This document shows positions 41,969-55,232 of a stretch of 64,000 nucleotides of DNA, piece by piece. A program made the translations under genes and the position numbers. The stretch comes from Carcharhinus amblyrhynchos (lineage: Eukaryota), in assembly GCA_965287045.1 (NCBI GenBank), contig OZ336872.1, positions 35,588,001-35,652,000 of the forward strand. Reading direction: 5' to 3'. Each line of letters opens with the position of its first letter. The first letter of the stretch is position 1. The notes beneath the pieces are model-generated. The model had not been told where the DNA came from. It saw only the letters and a list, made by a program, of their open reading frames with translations, and ran no database searches.

Positions 41969-43168
41969 ATAAATGTATGTTGTTGTGGATAAAATTAACT
42001 CGATTATGCCAGTAAAATAAAACAATATAATTGAAATTTGTGAAAAGAAGATTTAAAACAAATCTTTGAAAAAAAAAATCCTTTATTGAAAGAATGATAA
42101 ATGTTTGGAATGATTTACCAGGTAGAATCAAGAGCATTAGAGAAAGTCAAGATGCAGACTGATAATGAGACTATCAGTTAAACTACAGAGATCATCAAAT
42201 CTGCATTTATATCAAAAGAAATTCCATTCTATAACTATGCTATACCCCCACACAGATTTTAAAGTCATCTTGCCATTCTATTGGTTCAATGAGCCAAAAA
42301 GCTTTTCTTGTCCTTGATACTTTCTCAGGTTGTAGCTCTTACTCCAATCCGTTGCTTTCAGTAATCCATCACAGAATAATTTAGCAAACTGTACGCATTA
42401 CTGTAAAACACCATATTCAACAGAATGGCAGATTAAATTTAAAACGTTTATGAAATAGATCATGATGGGCACATAATTTTGAGGGCTTCTGCCATTCCCT
42501 GCTTTAATTTTGATGGAAGAACTGTGGAAATCTTGCAGCGTGAATGCTGCTAATTCATCGTCATCAGACTCACTGTTATAAAGGTTGGAGTTTTGTTTGC
42601 CATTAAAACATGAGTATTCAATGGGGCCCTAGAAGCTGATATAAGACTATTCTGTTCCTACCAAAATGAGCTCTTATTTCTACAAAGTGGACTTTTTGCT
42701 TCATCAATCAGCTATCAAGTGTTGACTAACTAATTAACACCGAGGAGAAATGACCATACTAAAATAGAAAACAGTAACTAGCATACATAAGCTCAGAAAC
42801 TGTATTTGTTTTAAAGTAAACTACATATTTTAGACATTTATTTAATTGATCCCCAGATAATGGTTGGGAGTAATAGAGACTACTGTTTCTGAGCTGTACA
42901 GAATTTGGATATTGAGCCCCTGCCTTCCTCATGCATTCTGATGTGGAAATCAAGGCCGTAGTAAATCTATTTTAAATAGGGAGACCTTATTTTTGGAAAG
43001 TGATATTCCATTAGCATGAATTTACAAAGAGAATTTACAAAGAAATCAGAGTGCCGTGTATAAACTAAGCAAAGCAGTTAACACTGCATACTGTACCAGG
43101 TTAAACAAATTAGGTTTCAGGCCTATAGCAAGTAAAATACTGCAGACAAGATTTAAGTGGTGGGGTCA

Positions 43169-43417
<249 letters not shown>

Positions 43418-46400
43418 CTACAGAAATGATCACTGTCAAGCTGCAAGCTTGGATACTTAACTATAAACACATACTTGGCAACCAGCCTCTGGCAGTAGCT
43501 GACAGCATTCAAGCCAGTTTTATATTCTTGCGTGTGTGCCTTTTGTGGTTTATAGCCCTATACATGTTGCACAACCTAAGAAGGTCAGGGACTCTAAGGC
43601 TATAGTCAGGTTGTTAAAGCTGTCAGAGCTAAGTTGGTTCTGCTGTCAGGGAAACAGGCTGCCAGGAACAATCAATTCAATTAGCAAAACACTGAATAGC
43701 TAGTCTATCTACAAATGTGAAGTGACTTGCTATTGCAATGCATGAATCAAGTGAAAAAATCTCAAAGGCTCTAAGATTTCAAAAATGACACCCTGCTGGA
43801 ATAGACATGTTCAATGCTGTTCAAGCTCAAAACTATGCTCTTCATGAATTAATTTAAACAACGCAAAAAATTAACCAGTTCTTTGGCTTACTGATAAACA
43901 CTTGGTCGCCTGGTTTTGAATAAATACAAGTAGATTTGACAAAGTTCAGGAAAGCAAACTGCAAGGAAAAAAGTTTTCCAGCTTCAATGCTGCTTTTATT
44001 AGATATCTTCATAGAAGGGAATAGTTTATCTTAAGACTATGGACTTATGCCAGATTTTCCCAATTTCCTGCTATTCATTAGATCAAGAATGCACATAGAC
44101 CCAAACAGACAATGGGCATCTGGTTTGTATCCACTCAGCATGGGGACTCATTTTAGCACACAGTTCCTGCCTTTTGAAAAACAGAACCCAGTTAAAAAGT
44201 TTAATTATCAAAACTAATTAAAACCCTGAAAGTACTAGTCACATCATCTGTTATTACTAACAGTACAGAGTTCTTATTTTTGGCAGGATAAGGGTTAAAA
44301 TGACAGTTGCTAAAGGAAAGTTCTACAGCTGTGCAGGCATGAACATTTCATATACTTTAAATTGTAGCAAAAATGTAAAAACAATTGCATGTGGTAATGC
44401 TTCTTAAACTGAGGTCTTTTGAGAGTACTGGATAAAATGCTTTCAATAGACAAGGAATGTAATGTCAAATTATTTTACATAGTGATAGAAATATTTGGAG
44501 GTATTGCTTAAAAACTGCATTTCAAAGCTAAAGAAAGATCAGCAATGCATTTAACATGCACTTAACAAATTATTTTAAAGCTCAGAAAGACATTAAGTGC
44601 TCAGAGTTAATAATTGTCTAATTGAGGCTAACACAACAATTCAGACTTGAATGTATTTTATTATATACAAACATTAAAGCATGCTATTAAATGATATGCT
44701 AATTGTTTGAAGTGTAAGAATATAATTTTAAATATATCATGACTTCAAAGTCAAGTCAACCTTGTTATAATACAGAAATTTTGGTCAACAGCTGGAGGCT
44801 TGCAATGCAGTAGAGGACTCTTATTAAATAACAGATTTTTTTTGCAAACTGGGTCATTTCACTACAAAAAGGGAAAATATTTCTGTTCCCAGAAAATAAT
44901 ACAATAGCACACAGCTTTCAAATATACTGCTTACAGGAATATAATTTTTAAAAAAGCAATTAAAAAGTAACAGCCAGTCCCAACATAAATAATCAAGCAC
45001 AAATCCAGTTAACCATTATAGTTGCCTAAAAGTTTGATAATCTAGCTAAAGAATGCTCAATTGTTGCTGACTGAAAATGTCAGAACATAAAAACAGGGAA
45101 GAATTCGACTGCACTATTAAGACTCTCAAATATAAAGGCGCACAGCAATTAAACAGGCAACGCATTTTGATATGAAAGGATAGCTCGTGCAATAACAGCA
45201 GAAGCTTAGCAATGTCTCATAGAGAACATGGAAATAATTAGCCATCATTACAACCATGTCCCAGATGGAAAATGAGGTGCTGGATTTTATGGGACACCAT
45301 GGCCCTCGCTCCTCCAGCAAAAAATACGAGGAGACGGCTACCCACGGGAAGAATAGCTGCTCTGCTTTTATTTATCAGCCAAACCATTAATTGTCTGGAA
45401 GTGGGATTTCCACCCCTCAGGCACGGAAAGTCCTGTCTCAGAGAGCTGTTGGCCAATCAAATGGTCAGCTACTTTGAAGTCCCAGCGTTGTTAGATGGGA
45501 GCAATTGTCACTGCTGGGGACTACAGGCTGTCCCCGATGGAGATCATCACTGCAAATGGACATCAAGATAAGTTGTTGGGGATGGGGGTAATTTTGCTGG
45601 GGTCAGGCTGGCAAGTCCCAATGAAGGAGGGGGTTGGGTTTGAGAGGCTGGCAGTTTGAGTACAAAGTGGATATTGAGGGGGAGTTGGTGCATGAACGAC
45701 TGTGATCTTGACCCTGGGTGGGGTGTACCTCCAATGAGTATAGGAGATTCTTGAAGGACGTCCCGCCCCCCCACCCCCAGCACTTGCTTAATGCCTGCTC
45801 ATGAAACCAAAGCTACTGGGATACCCAATTGGAATTAGTCTCCCCAACCATGAGTAAACTTGCTGTGGGGGTGGGATGAGAGCTTTAGGTGGTCACTTAT
45901 GGGTTGCTAATGGCACACAGGTGAATAGTCTACCAGACGTCTCCACCACCTCTATAATACTCCATTCAGGTTGGCCGAGTAGATGATAGGGAAGCTACCT
46001 GCTTCATTTTACAAGTCCCCTCACTTTCAAACCTGCCAGTGGGGGTGCATAAAATCCCAGACAAGGAGAAAAATTATTCATTTGGCAGGAAAATGCTCTG
46101 CACCCCAGGAATTTACAAATATATCCACAGTTATTTTGGCTTGAATGATAGTCAGGTCTCCAAGGCAGCTTTCTACAACAGTCATCTTGCATAAGTTGAT
46201 TAAAGATCTCATGGTTGTTTTATGACCCTGAAAATTGCTTGTCCTGAGCAGACCAAGAGTTAGGTCTGTTTCATTCATTAGTACTGATGTGGATGTGGCC
46301 TAGGAACTGGCCACCATCAAAAAGGTAAGTTTTCTTTTTCTAGCTCTGTGGAGTGAGCTCCACTTTCACTGTCCTCTCTCACTCCCACAACACCTGTGAG

Positions 46401-46979
46401 CTGTTGTCAGTAAAGCAAGTGGCCTGAAGTCCCTCTTCTAAACAGGTGAAGTACTGTAAAGACATGGTGGGCACCAGCAGTTTGGCTAATTATTTGAGTA
46501 AGACCAGAAGCCTATTATGTGTCCAGCCTTAGGTCTCCAGGCCACAGTCCATACTGTTTGTAAGCCCAACTGAATTGCAGCCTCAATTTCTATCATTTGA
46601 AAGGCTGGATGAAACAAGGCGCACAACTTCAGGTATAGCATAAAGCTAAGGAGAAGCATCGGAGATAGATATTGACTAAACATTTTACTGACGCAGGGCA
46701 ATAAACTGTTCGTGCTTTTATTTAACTTGCTCATTTAATGTAATTCGTGTTTTTCACAGCACGTGAAGCAGAAAAGGTGCTCTCTCTACAGGATATCTGA
46801 AATCTGAGTGAACATGGCAAGCAAACGTGGGTGAGATTTTAATTCCAGGGTCAGGACCCTCTTGTCACGCTCATTTTAGGTCCTAACCCCATACCGTGGT
46901 GGCAATTTGAATTGAAAAATCGTTTAATTGGCCCAGAGTCACGTTCAGCATCCAATTGGTAAAGATGAGTTTGCAAGGG

Positions 46980-47164
46980 AGGCAGATACAGGAGACTGTG
47001 GGACTGATTTAAAAGATCAGCAATAGTCACTGCTGTGATTGGTTTGTTTCAAAAAAGGAGGAGCTGAGCAGAGACCAGTGGTTAGGGGGGAACCTGTGCC
47101 AGAGCGGACTCAGGTGTTACTGGTGGAGTTGACATCATGGAGAAATATTATTTTCCCTGCCATC
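46980..47164 (+). repeat. Left arm of a 185-bp inverted repeat (partner 48199-48383)
   Basis: Aligns ungapped to the reverse complement of 48199-48383 with about a dozen mismatches by eye. Confidence 0.95.
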
Positions 47165-47724
47165 GGTGTGAGAACATCTGCAAGGCAGACTAAGGAGGTA
47201 TGGCTGGAGGTGGTTCATGTGGTCAGCAGCAGAGGATTAGTGAGGAACAAAATGTTTCCAGTGCAGAAAATATTTCAATTACCTGTTTAGGTCTGGCAAA
47301 GTCCAATGACAGATTGAGATGGCACTTTCCCTGATCAGAAGTCACCAGAACACAAGGGAGAAGGGAATCGTGTGGGTATATAGAATTCTACTGATCACAG
47401 GACCACAGCAGTATTGATGATGGTGATTAGGAAGACATACCTCATGGGGCTCAGAGATCATCACCATCTATGTCCAAGTCCCCTGTGATGGAGGAAATAT
47501 CCTTTTACAGAGGCTGCTCCTGCAATGGTGTCGTGCAGCAGCCTTTGGTGGTGATCCATTCACATCCTCCAATCACACAGCACTTCTACATCAAAATCAA
47601 CTGTCACTGACATCTTCACCTTATTCAGGTACTGGTAAGAAGTCTGCTGTCACCTCATTCTAAGTTACAGAGCGAGCAACTCATAGGACTGACTAAGCAG
47701 TGATATCAATTTGTGGGTCATAGT

Positions 47725-48031
47725 GAATCATAGAATCCTACAGTGCAGAAGGAGGCCATTCGGCTCATTGAGTCTGCATCGACCACAATCCCACCCAGGT
47801 CCTATCCCCATAACCCCACACATTTACCCTAACTAGTCCCCCCTGACAATAAGGGTCAATTTAGCATAACCAATGCACCTAACCCATACATCTTTGGACT
47901 GTGGGAGGAAACCGGAGCACCCCTGAAGGAAACCCATGCAGACACGGGGAGAATGTGACAGTGACCCAAGTTGGGAATCAAGCCTGGCACTGTGAGGCAG
48001 CAGTGCTAACCACTATGCCACCGTGCTACCC
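47725..48031 (-). mobile_element. V-SINE (HE1-like), full length, nested between the inverted arms
   Basis: gaatcatagaatcctacagtgcagaaggaggcc ... gaggcagcagtgctaaccactatgccaccgtgct. Confidence 0.92.
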
Positions 48032-48198
48032 ATAGGTCACTTAGGTGTTTCTGTAATGATGTCAGACCATTATGCAATAAAGCACAGGGCATATTGTTGA
48101 AAGGCAGGAGAATGAAAAATAAGTGTTCGCAAAGTGTTAGGGAAGCATGTATCACAAGCATACTCTGGAGCCTTGCAGTGTGTGACGTGTGGCACTGT

Positions 48199-48383
48199 GA
48201 TGGCAGGGAAAATAATATTTCTCCATGATGTCAACTCCACCAATAACACCTGAGACTGCCCTGGCACAGGTTCCTCCCTAACCACTGGTCTCTGCTCAGC
48301 TCCTCCTTTATTGAAACAAACTAATCACAGCAGTGTCTACTGCTGACCTTTTAAATCAGTACCACAATCTCCTGTATCTGCCT
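48199..48383 (-). repeat. Right arm of the 185-bp inverted repeat
   Basis: ORF 48070-48285(-) repeats the peptide QVLLVELTSWRNIIFPAI seen in ORF 47039-47290(+). Confidence 0.95.
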
Positions 48384-50802
48384 GACATTCTTGCAGTTAG
48401 ATGAATTAGCCTCACATCTCCAAATGTCTTACTGACTGGTATCACTCAGATGAAATGTATGTGAGTCAGAATGGCCCTTGCATCCCCGCCATTTTGATTA
48501 GCACTCTGACTCCTGAGCTCACTATAACAAAGCATTTGGAATGTTCTCCAGTTCTGCTTCAGTTATTTCCTCCTAGTTTTTCTCCTGTGATGAGCTGTGC
48601 TATTTCAGTGCTTCTCTCTCTTCAAGGTCCACACCTTTCAGGAGATTGCAGCAGACCACTGAGGGAGTAAATTGGAGTGTGCTTCCTCACCAGTCAAAGC
48701 ACCTACACTTCATGTTCATGAGGCTGATAACCTGCTTAACGATGACTCCTGTGCTCAAGTAGCATCGATTGTAATATCTCTCAGCCTCCATGGCAGGGCT
48801 ACATTCCAGTGTCATCAACCAGTCTTCAACGGAGAAGACTTATCCAGTAATAGCCATCCAATGTTTTCTGATAAAGAGTTGTGACATCTGCCATTGCCTG
48901 AGGATAAAGATATTATGGCAATTTCCAGAGTAGGGTGCACACATCTGCATAATACACTTGCTACAGTTGCGTTCTTGCTGAATGTTTAGGGAGTGGAATC
49001 CTTTCCCGTTGAGGGATCTTTCTGGCTGATCGTCAATGTCTTGGTGGCCACACAGGGACAATCAATGATGTCCTCCATCTGGGGGAATCCGGCAAAGAAG
49101 GCAAATCCCACTGCCCTTCGAGCTTGAGTGTGCCACTACATACCTGATTTCCATGCAATATCATGCCTTCTCAAACAAAGCACCTGTCACCTCCTTAATG
49201 CAATGACATGTTCTTGCCTGTGAGATGCCACCAATACCTGCTGCTGCTCCTTGGAACAAACCAGTTGCAAAAAAGTTTAAAGCCACTGTGACTTTTATAG
49301 CCATGGGAAGGCCTTATTGAAAGCTCCCGGATTACTCCCAGTGATAGCACATAAGTCAGCAATCATCTGCCTGGACAAGTGCAGCCTTCTGCGGCACTGA
49401 CACTCTGACGTATGCAGGTAGCTTTTCTTTTGGCATTAAATACTATGTTCCTATCTTTGTTGCTTTACTGTTTCTCATTTTTCATTCCTGATGTCCAGCA
49501 GTCTGCCTTTGCTCCTGCTGCTCATTGCTAGTTGATTGTGTCTTGGGAGTAGCTTAATCCATTTCCAGTTATATCCTTTCCTTCAACTGGAATGTGGAGA
49601 CTTCTTGAACCCTTTTCATGAATCCGTGAAGCCTGTATTCAGAAAGAGCCACCAAATCTTAAAGTCACCTCCCCCAAAATGCCCTATTAGACATATTACA
49701 GACATTTCTCCTGATGCTGTGCAACTGCTTGCCTATGAATGACAGCCTGTTTTGAGTCTTCCCTACAAATTGATGCCTTTCACTGTTCTCCCACCCTTCA
49801 GACTCACATACTGCTATGTAACTGCCTTCTCCTCCTTGTTGAGTTTCAAATTCTCTGAATGCTATGATTTAATAAGAAAATTTCAAATTAGCTTGTAATG
49901 AGCCACCATATCTAGCCATTTATACGTTTTGAGCATGTTCTGTTCCCACTCTCCTAGAGCCTTTTAAACTTTGTATTTACTTTGGTACCAGGGAACTGGC
50001 ACGTTGACTCAAAGGATGGAGTTAGGCGTTTACACGCCTCCTTTCCAGCACTCGCATTGAAATAAAAATCCCGGGTTGTCTATTATCTCAACGTATCATC
50101 AGATTGGAGGATTGAGAAATTAATGATGCAAGGACCAGGAAGAAAGTTAGAATGATAAATTCAATGTCAAGGTACAAAAGGAGTGCAACAAAAGAATGGA
50201 TTATGAGGGAGAGCTAAAAGAGACAATGAATTTCATATTTGCAAAAATCTCTTGTAATACTTTATTTTCTGTGCCAGAGAGACATGTCATTGTTAAAAGG
50301 GTCCTTTGGCTTGAAATGTGGAGACATTATTTCATTTCTATAGTGCAAACACAGGAATGTTAAGCCATTTAATGCATTTGAATGGAGAGACATCCTTTCT
50401 CATGAAATGAACAGCAGAGGGGCACATTTTTGATAGCATCATTTTGATTTTTGGGTTCAATTATGTATCGGTCCTTGCCTGAAGTTGCAGTGGCATTTGC
50501 ATTTGACGTGGAGAGTTGTTAGCTTCACTGTCATTTTGAAAACAAATTTTTGGCTTTTATTTTTATTACAAGCTTCCAGTCTTAGCAGTTTTTTGTCTTT
50601 CTTGTATTATTTAATTGTTAGACATATTGTGCAAGAAATGCTGCATCTATTGAGAAATGTTAGCAAAGTGTGACACGGAATCAAAGTAAAAAGAACCAGT
50701 TGTTAATAAAGGAAGAAGAATGTATTTTTGTGGGCCAAAACAACATTTTTCAATTAGTCATTTCGTAACATGAAAAAAGACATTCTGTTTTGTCTTGCTC
50801 AT

Positions 50803-51125
50803 GGACAGTACAGTGGCACACTGGTTAGCACTGTTGCCTCACAGCACTGGGGACCTACGTTCAATTCTGGCCTCAGGTCACTGTGTGTGTGGAGTTTGCA
50901 CATACGCCCCATGTCTGCCTGGGTTTCCTCCAGGTGCTCTGGTTTCCTCCCAGTCCATAGATGTGAGAGTTAGGTTGATTGGCCATGCTAAATTGCCCCT
51001 TAGTATCAGGGGGCCGAGCAGGGTAAATACATGGAGTTACAACGATAGGGCCTGAGTGGGATTGTTGTTAGTGCAGGCTCGATAGGCCGAATGGCTTCCT
51101 TCTGCATTGTAGGATTCTATGATTC
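50803..51125 (+). mobile_element. V-SINE (HE1-like), full length
   Basis: tRNA head gtggcacactggttagcactgttgcctcacagc, V-domain, tail gtaggattctatgattc. Confidence 0.9.
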
Positions 51126-51149
51126 ATCAGAGCAATTACAAGAATACAA

Positions 51150-51430
51150 ATTTTGGGGAAACAACAGCTTTATACAATATGAGAACAGGCTACTGATTGG
51201 TTAGCAAGTAGATGCTGGTGGAGCAGTTGCTATGGAGAATGTAATAGCTGATGGAGAATGACAGTTAACTACCAAGCATTGCTTGAAATTTAAACCAGGT
51301 AGCTTGACTCTGCTTGGTCATGGCATTGCCCTGTAGAACAAGCCAGCAAAAGGTTTTCACTCACTTTGTTTAGCTGAAACAGGCACCATGTGTATACATA
51401 TTCTTTGCAGACACAATGTGTGCAATATTT
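51150..51430 (-). repeat. Penelope-like 3' fragment (same family as 61530-61900)
   Basis: Shares agcaagtagat..tg...atggagaatg...acagttaact with 61590-61660. Confidence 0.5.
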
Positions 51431-51562
51431 CAGCGTATACATGATGATTTATATGCCAATTTGAAAGTGCTAATTAACAACCAGCAAAACAAAGTAACAC
51501 TGGGTTTGTTGTTGTCCAAATTTTTGAGTTAGTCTGTCATGCAAAACTATATTTAATATAGC

Positions 51563-52354
51563 AGTAAATGTTTAGAACTGCAGCGATTGAGGGCCCGGAT
51601 CAGGCAACTCGAGGGGCGACTGGAAGATGCGTTTCTAGTTAGGGAGAATGAGGAGATAATGGCTGGGAAACATGAGCAGGAGGAGGTCTCAAGGGCGGAA
51701 GAGAAGGGAGGATGGACGACTGTTAGGAGGGGAAAGAGGAAGAAGAAGAGTAGTCAGGGTCCCCCGGAGGCCCCCCAAGGTTCGTCGGCAGGGGCACAGA
51801 AAAATAGGAAGGAAGGGGAGACTGATTTAGAGGGACGGAAAGGGTCTGGTAAGGTGATAGTGGTAGGGGATGGGAGGGTCCGAGGGATTGATAGGAGGTT
51901 CTGTGGGCAAGGGCGCGACTCCAGGATGGTGGTCTGCCTCCCTGGAGCAGGGGTAAAAGATATAATGGAAAGGGTAGAGGGAATTTTGAAAGGGGAAGGG
52001 ACCCAGGCAGAGGTCATAGTACACGTAGGGGAGGGGGATATAGGAAGGAGGAGTAGGGGAGAGGTCCGTAGGCAATTTAGGGAGTTGGGGGCCAAACTAA
52101 AGGGCAGGACCTCTAGGGTGGCACTGTCTGGGTTGCTGCCCAGTATGAGCAGGGCTAAGAATGACGAGATCGTGCAGTTGAATGCATGGTTGAGGGACTG
52201 GTGTAGGGTAGAGGGGTTTACTTATGTAGATCATTGGGAGGTGTTTAGGAGAGAAAGGCAACTGTACAGGAGGGGTGGGGAGGATTTGAACGGGAGGGGG
52301 ACTAGTGTCTTAGCAGGGAGGTTAGCTGGGGTGTTCAGGAATGATTTAAACTAA
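51563..52354 (+). pseudogene. CR1 ORF1 (coiled coil plus SGNH-esterase-like domain), N-terminally truncated
   Basis: SKCLELQRLRARIRQLE, then VIVVGDG, CLPGAGV, VIVHVGEGD, LNAWLRDWC and GEDLNGRG, the layout of CR1 ORF1 esterase domains. Confidence 0.85.
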
Positions 52355-52374
52355 TAGGGAGGGGGGGTGGGGAG

Positions 52375-55232
52375 GTGGCTGGGAGAGAGACGGGTGAAAG
52401 GAAAATTATAAGGGAGAAGGTGGTTCCGAGGGACATTTGTGGGTTGAACTGTGTCTGTTTCAATGCTAGGAGTGTGGCAGGGAAAACGGATGAGCTTAGG
52501 GCCTTGATGTTTGTGAGGCAGTTGGATGTGGTGGCTGTAACGGAGACGTGGTTACGGGAAGGGCAGGACTGGCAGCTGAATGTTCCTGGGTACAGGTGTT
52601 TTAGGTGTGACAGAGGAGGGTTGAAGAGAGGTGGAGGGGTGGCACTGTTAGTCAAGGAAAACATCACAGTAGTGCAGAGGGAGGGCGATATGGAAGAGAT
52701 AGGGATTGAGTCGCTGTGGGTGGAGTTGAGGAATAAAAAGGGAGAGATCACACTGCTAGGGGTGTACTATAGGCCACCCAACAGCCCAAAGTCAGTGGAG
52801 GAGGGAATTTGCAGGGGCATTTTGGACAGGTGCAGAAAGAATAGAGTGGTTGTAGTGGGTGATTTTAATTTTCCCGGAGTGAATTGGAGGGGGCCTGGAG
52901 CTGGGGGTACGGAGGGAGAGGAGTTTGAGAAATGTGTTATGGAAGGGTCGCTAGAACAGTATGTAACTTGCCCGACTAGGGGAGGGGCTATACTGGATTT
53001 AGTGTTGGGAAACGAGCCAGGGCAGGTGGGTGAGGTAGAGGTAGGCGAACATGTGGCAAACAGTGACCACAAGTCCGTCTACTTTAGGATAAAAATGGAA
53101 AGGGACGAGTGCCGTCCAAGCGGGAGTGTGCTGAACTGGGGAAAGGCGAGCTATGGCAGGATTAGGAGGGAGCTGCAGCAAACTGACTGGGAGGGACTGT
53201 TAGCTGGTAAGTCCACGGTTGGCAAGTGGGAGGCTTTTAGGGACAAAATGAAATGGTTGCAGGGGAGGTTTGTTCCGGTTAAGCGAAAGGATGGGAAAGG
53301 TAGGATTAGAGAGCCGTGGATTACGGGGGATATTGAAGACTTGGTTAGGAAGAAGAGGGAGGCGTATGATAGGTCAAAACAAATGGGTACAGAGTGTGCG
53401 CTGGAGGAATATAGAGAGAGTAGGAGGGAGCTAAAAAGGGGAATTAGAAGGGCGAAGAGAGGGCATGAGATGGCTTTGGCCGGTAGGATTAAGGATAATC
53501 CTAAGGCATTTTATTCCTATATTAGAGGCAAGAGAGTAGTTAGAGGGAAAATTGGTCCTCTTAGGGACAAGAGTGGAGAGTTGTGTATTGAGTCGGAGGG
53601 AATGGGGGAGCTCCTGAATGAATACTTTGCGTCGGTATTCACGAAGGAGAGGGGTTCGGAATCGTGCGGTCTCTTGGAGGGAGCGGAGGTTCAGTTGCAG
53701 GATATAGTTATTACGAGAGAGGAAGTGCTAGGGCTTTTAGGTAGCGTAAGGACGGATAAAGCTCTGGGGCCTGATGGTATTTATCCCAGGCTGCTTAGGG
53801 AGGCGAAAGATGAAATTGCTGGGCCTCTGGCGCACATCTTTGTCTCTTCTTTGGACACAGGTGAGGTCCCAGAAGACTGGAGGGTAGCAAATGTGGTCCC
53901 GTTGTTCAAAAAAGGTAGTAGGGATAACCCTGGGAATTATAGGCCGGTGAGTTTGACGTCGGTGGTAGGGAAGTTAATGGAAAAAATACTTAGGGGTGGA
54001 AGTATGAGCATTTGGAGCGTTGCGATCTGATTAGGGATACGCAACATGGCTTTGTTAGAGGGAGGTCTTGCCTTACGAATCTGGTGGAATTCTTTGAGGA
54101 GGTGACAAAAACGGTTGACGATGGGAGAGCCGTTGATGTCATCTACATGGATTTCTGTAAGGCGTTTGACAAAGTCCCTCACGGTAGGCTGGTAGAAAAG
54201 GTTAAGGCGCATGGGATACGAGGCCAGGTAGTTAGGTGGATTGAGAACTGGTTGGGAAATAGGAGACAGAGGGTAGTTGTGGAGGGTACCTTGTCGGGCT
54301 GGAGGCCAGTGACCAGTGGTGTGCCGCAGGGCTCGGTACTGGGACCTCTCCTCTTTGTAGTCTACATAAATGACTTAGAAGAGGGAGTAGGTGGTGTGAT
54401 CAGCAAGTTTGCTGATGACACCAAGATGGCAGGGTTGGCGGGTACAGAACTGGATTGTCAGGTGATACAACAGGATATAGATAGGTTGGTGCAGTGGGCA
54501 GATAGGTGGCAGATGGCATTTAATCCTGACAAATGCGAGGTGATGCATTTTGGAAGGAATAATGCAGAGAGGAGTTATGTGATAAAAGGTAGGCCGATTA
54601 GGAGTATAGATGTACAGAGAGACCTGGGAGTGCAGGTCCACAAATCCATGAAGGTTGTGTCACAAGTGGAGAACGTTGTTAGGAAGGCTTATGGGATGTT
54701 AGCCTTTATAGGAAGGGGCTTAGAGTATAAAAGCTGCCGTCTAATGCTTCAGTTATACAGAACGTTGGTTAGACCGCATTTGGAGTACTGCGTCCAGTTC
54801 TGGTCACCTTATTACCGGAAGGACGTGGAGTCTCTGGAAAGGGTGCAGAGGAGGTTTACCAGGATGTTGCCTGGCATGGGGGGACTGGGTTACGAGGAGA
54901 GACTGAAGAGACTGGGGCTATTCTCCTTGGAAAGAAGGAGATTGAGAGGGGACATGATAGAGGTATATAAGATACTGAAGGGAATAGATAGAGTTAATAG
55001 TGAGAGACTGCTCCCTAGACTGGGTACGAACACAAGAGGTCATCAATTAAGGGTGAGGGGGGGGAGGTATAATTTGGAGGTAAGAGGAAGGTTCTTTACA
55101 CAGAGAGTTGTGGGGGTCTGGAATGCGCTACCGAGTAGGGTGGTGGAGGCAGGCACGTTGGACTCGTTTAAGATGCAGTTAGATAGGCATATGAGTGAAA
55201 CGGGAATGGAGGGATATGGTAGGGGCTATTAA
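52375..55232 (+). pseudogene. CR1 ORF2 (APE endonuclease and RT), split by one frameshift near 54000
   Basis: FNARS, VTETWL, YYRPP, GDFN, LDLV, SDH, then DFCKAFDKVPH, GVPQGSVLGP, KFADDTK. ORFs 52375-54030 and 54012-55232. Confidence 0.95.

Larger units (their letters stand above)
46829..50075. mobile_element. Rearranged PIF/Harbinger relic: Myb/SANT remnant (+, ~47050-47300) and HARBI1-like transposase remnant (-, ~48400-49440)
   Basis: Minus strand LNGKGFHSLNIQ...MQMCAPYSGNCHNIFILRQ matches Harbinger NRKGFHSLNVQ...ARYPGSxHDxxIL; plus strand VWLEVVHVVSS...QCRKYFNYL. Ends weakly inverted. Confidence 0.75.
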
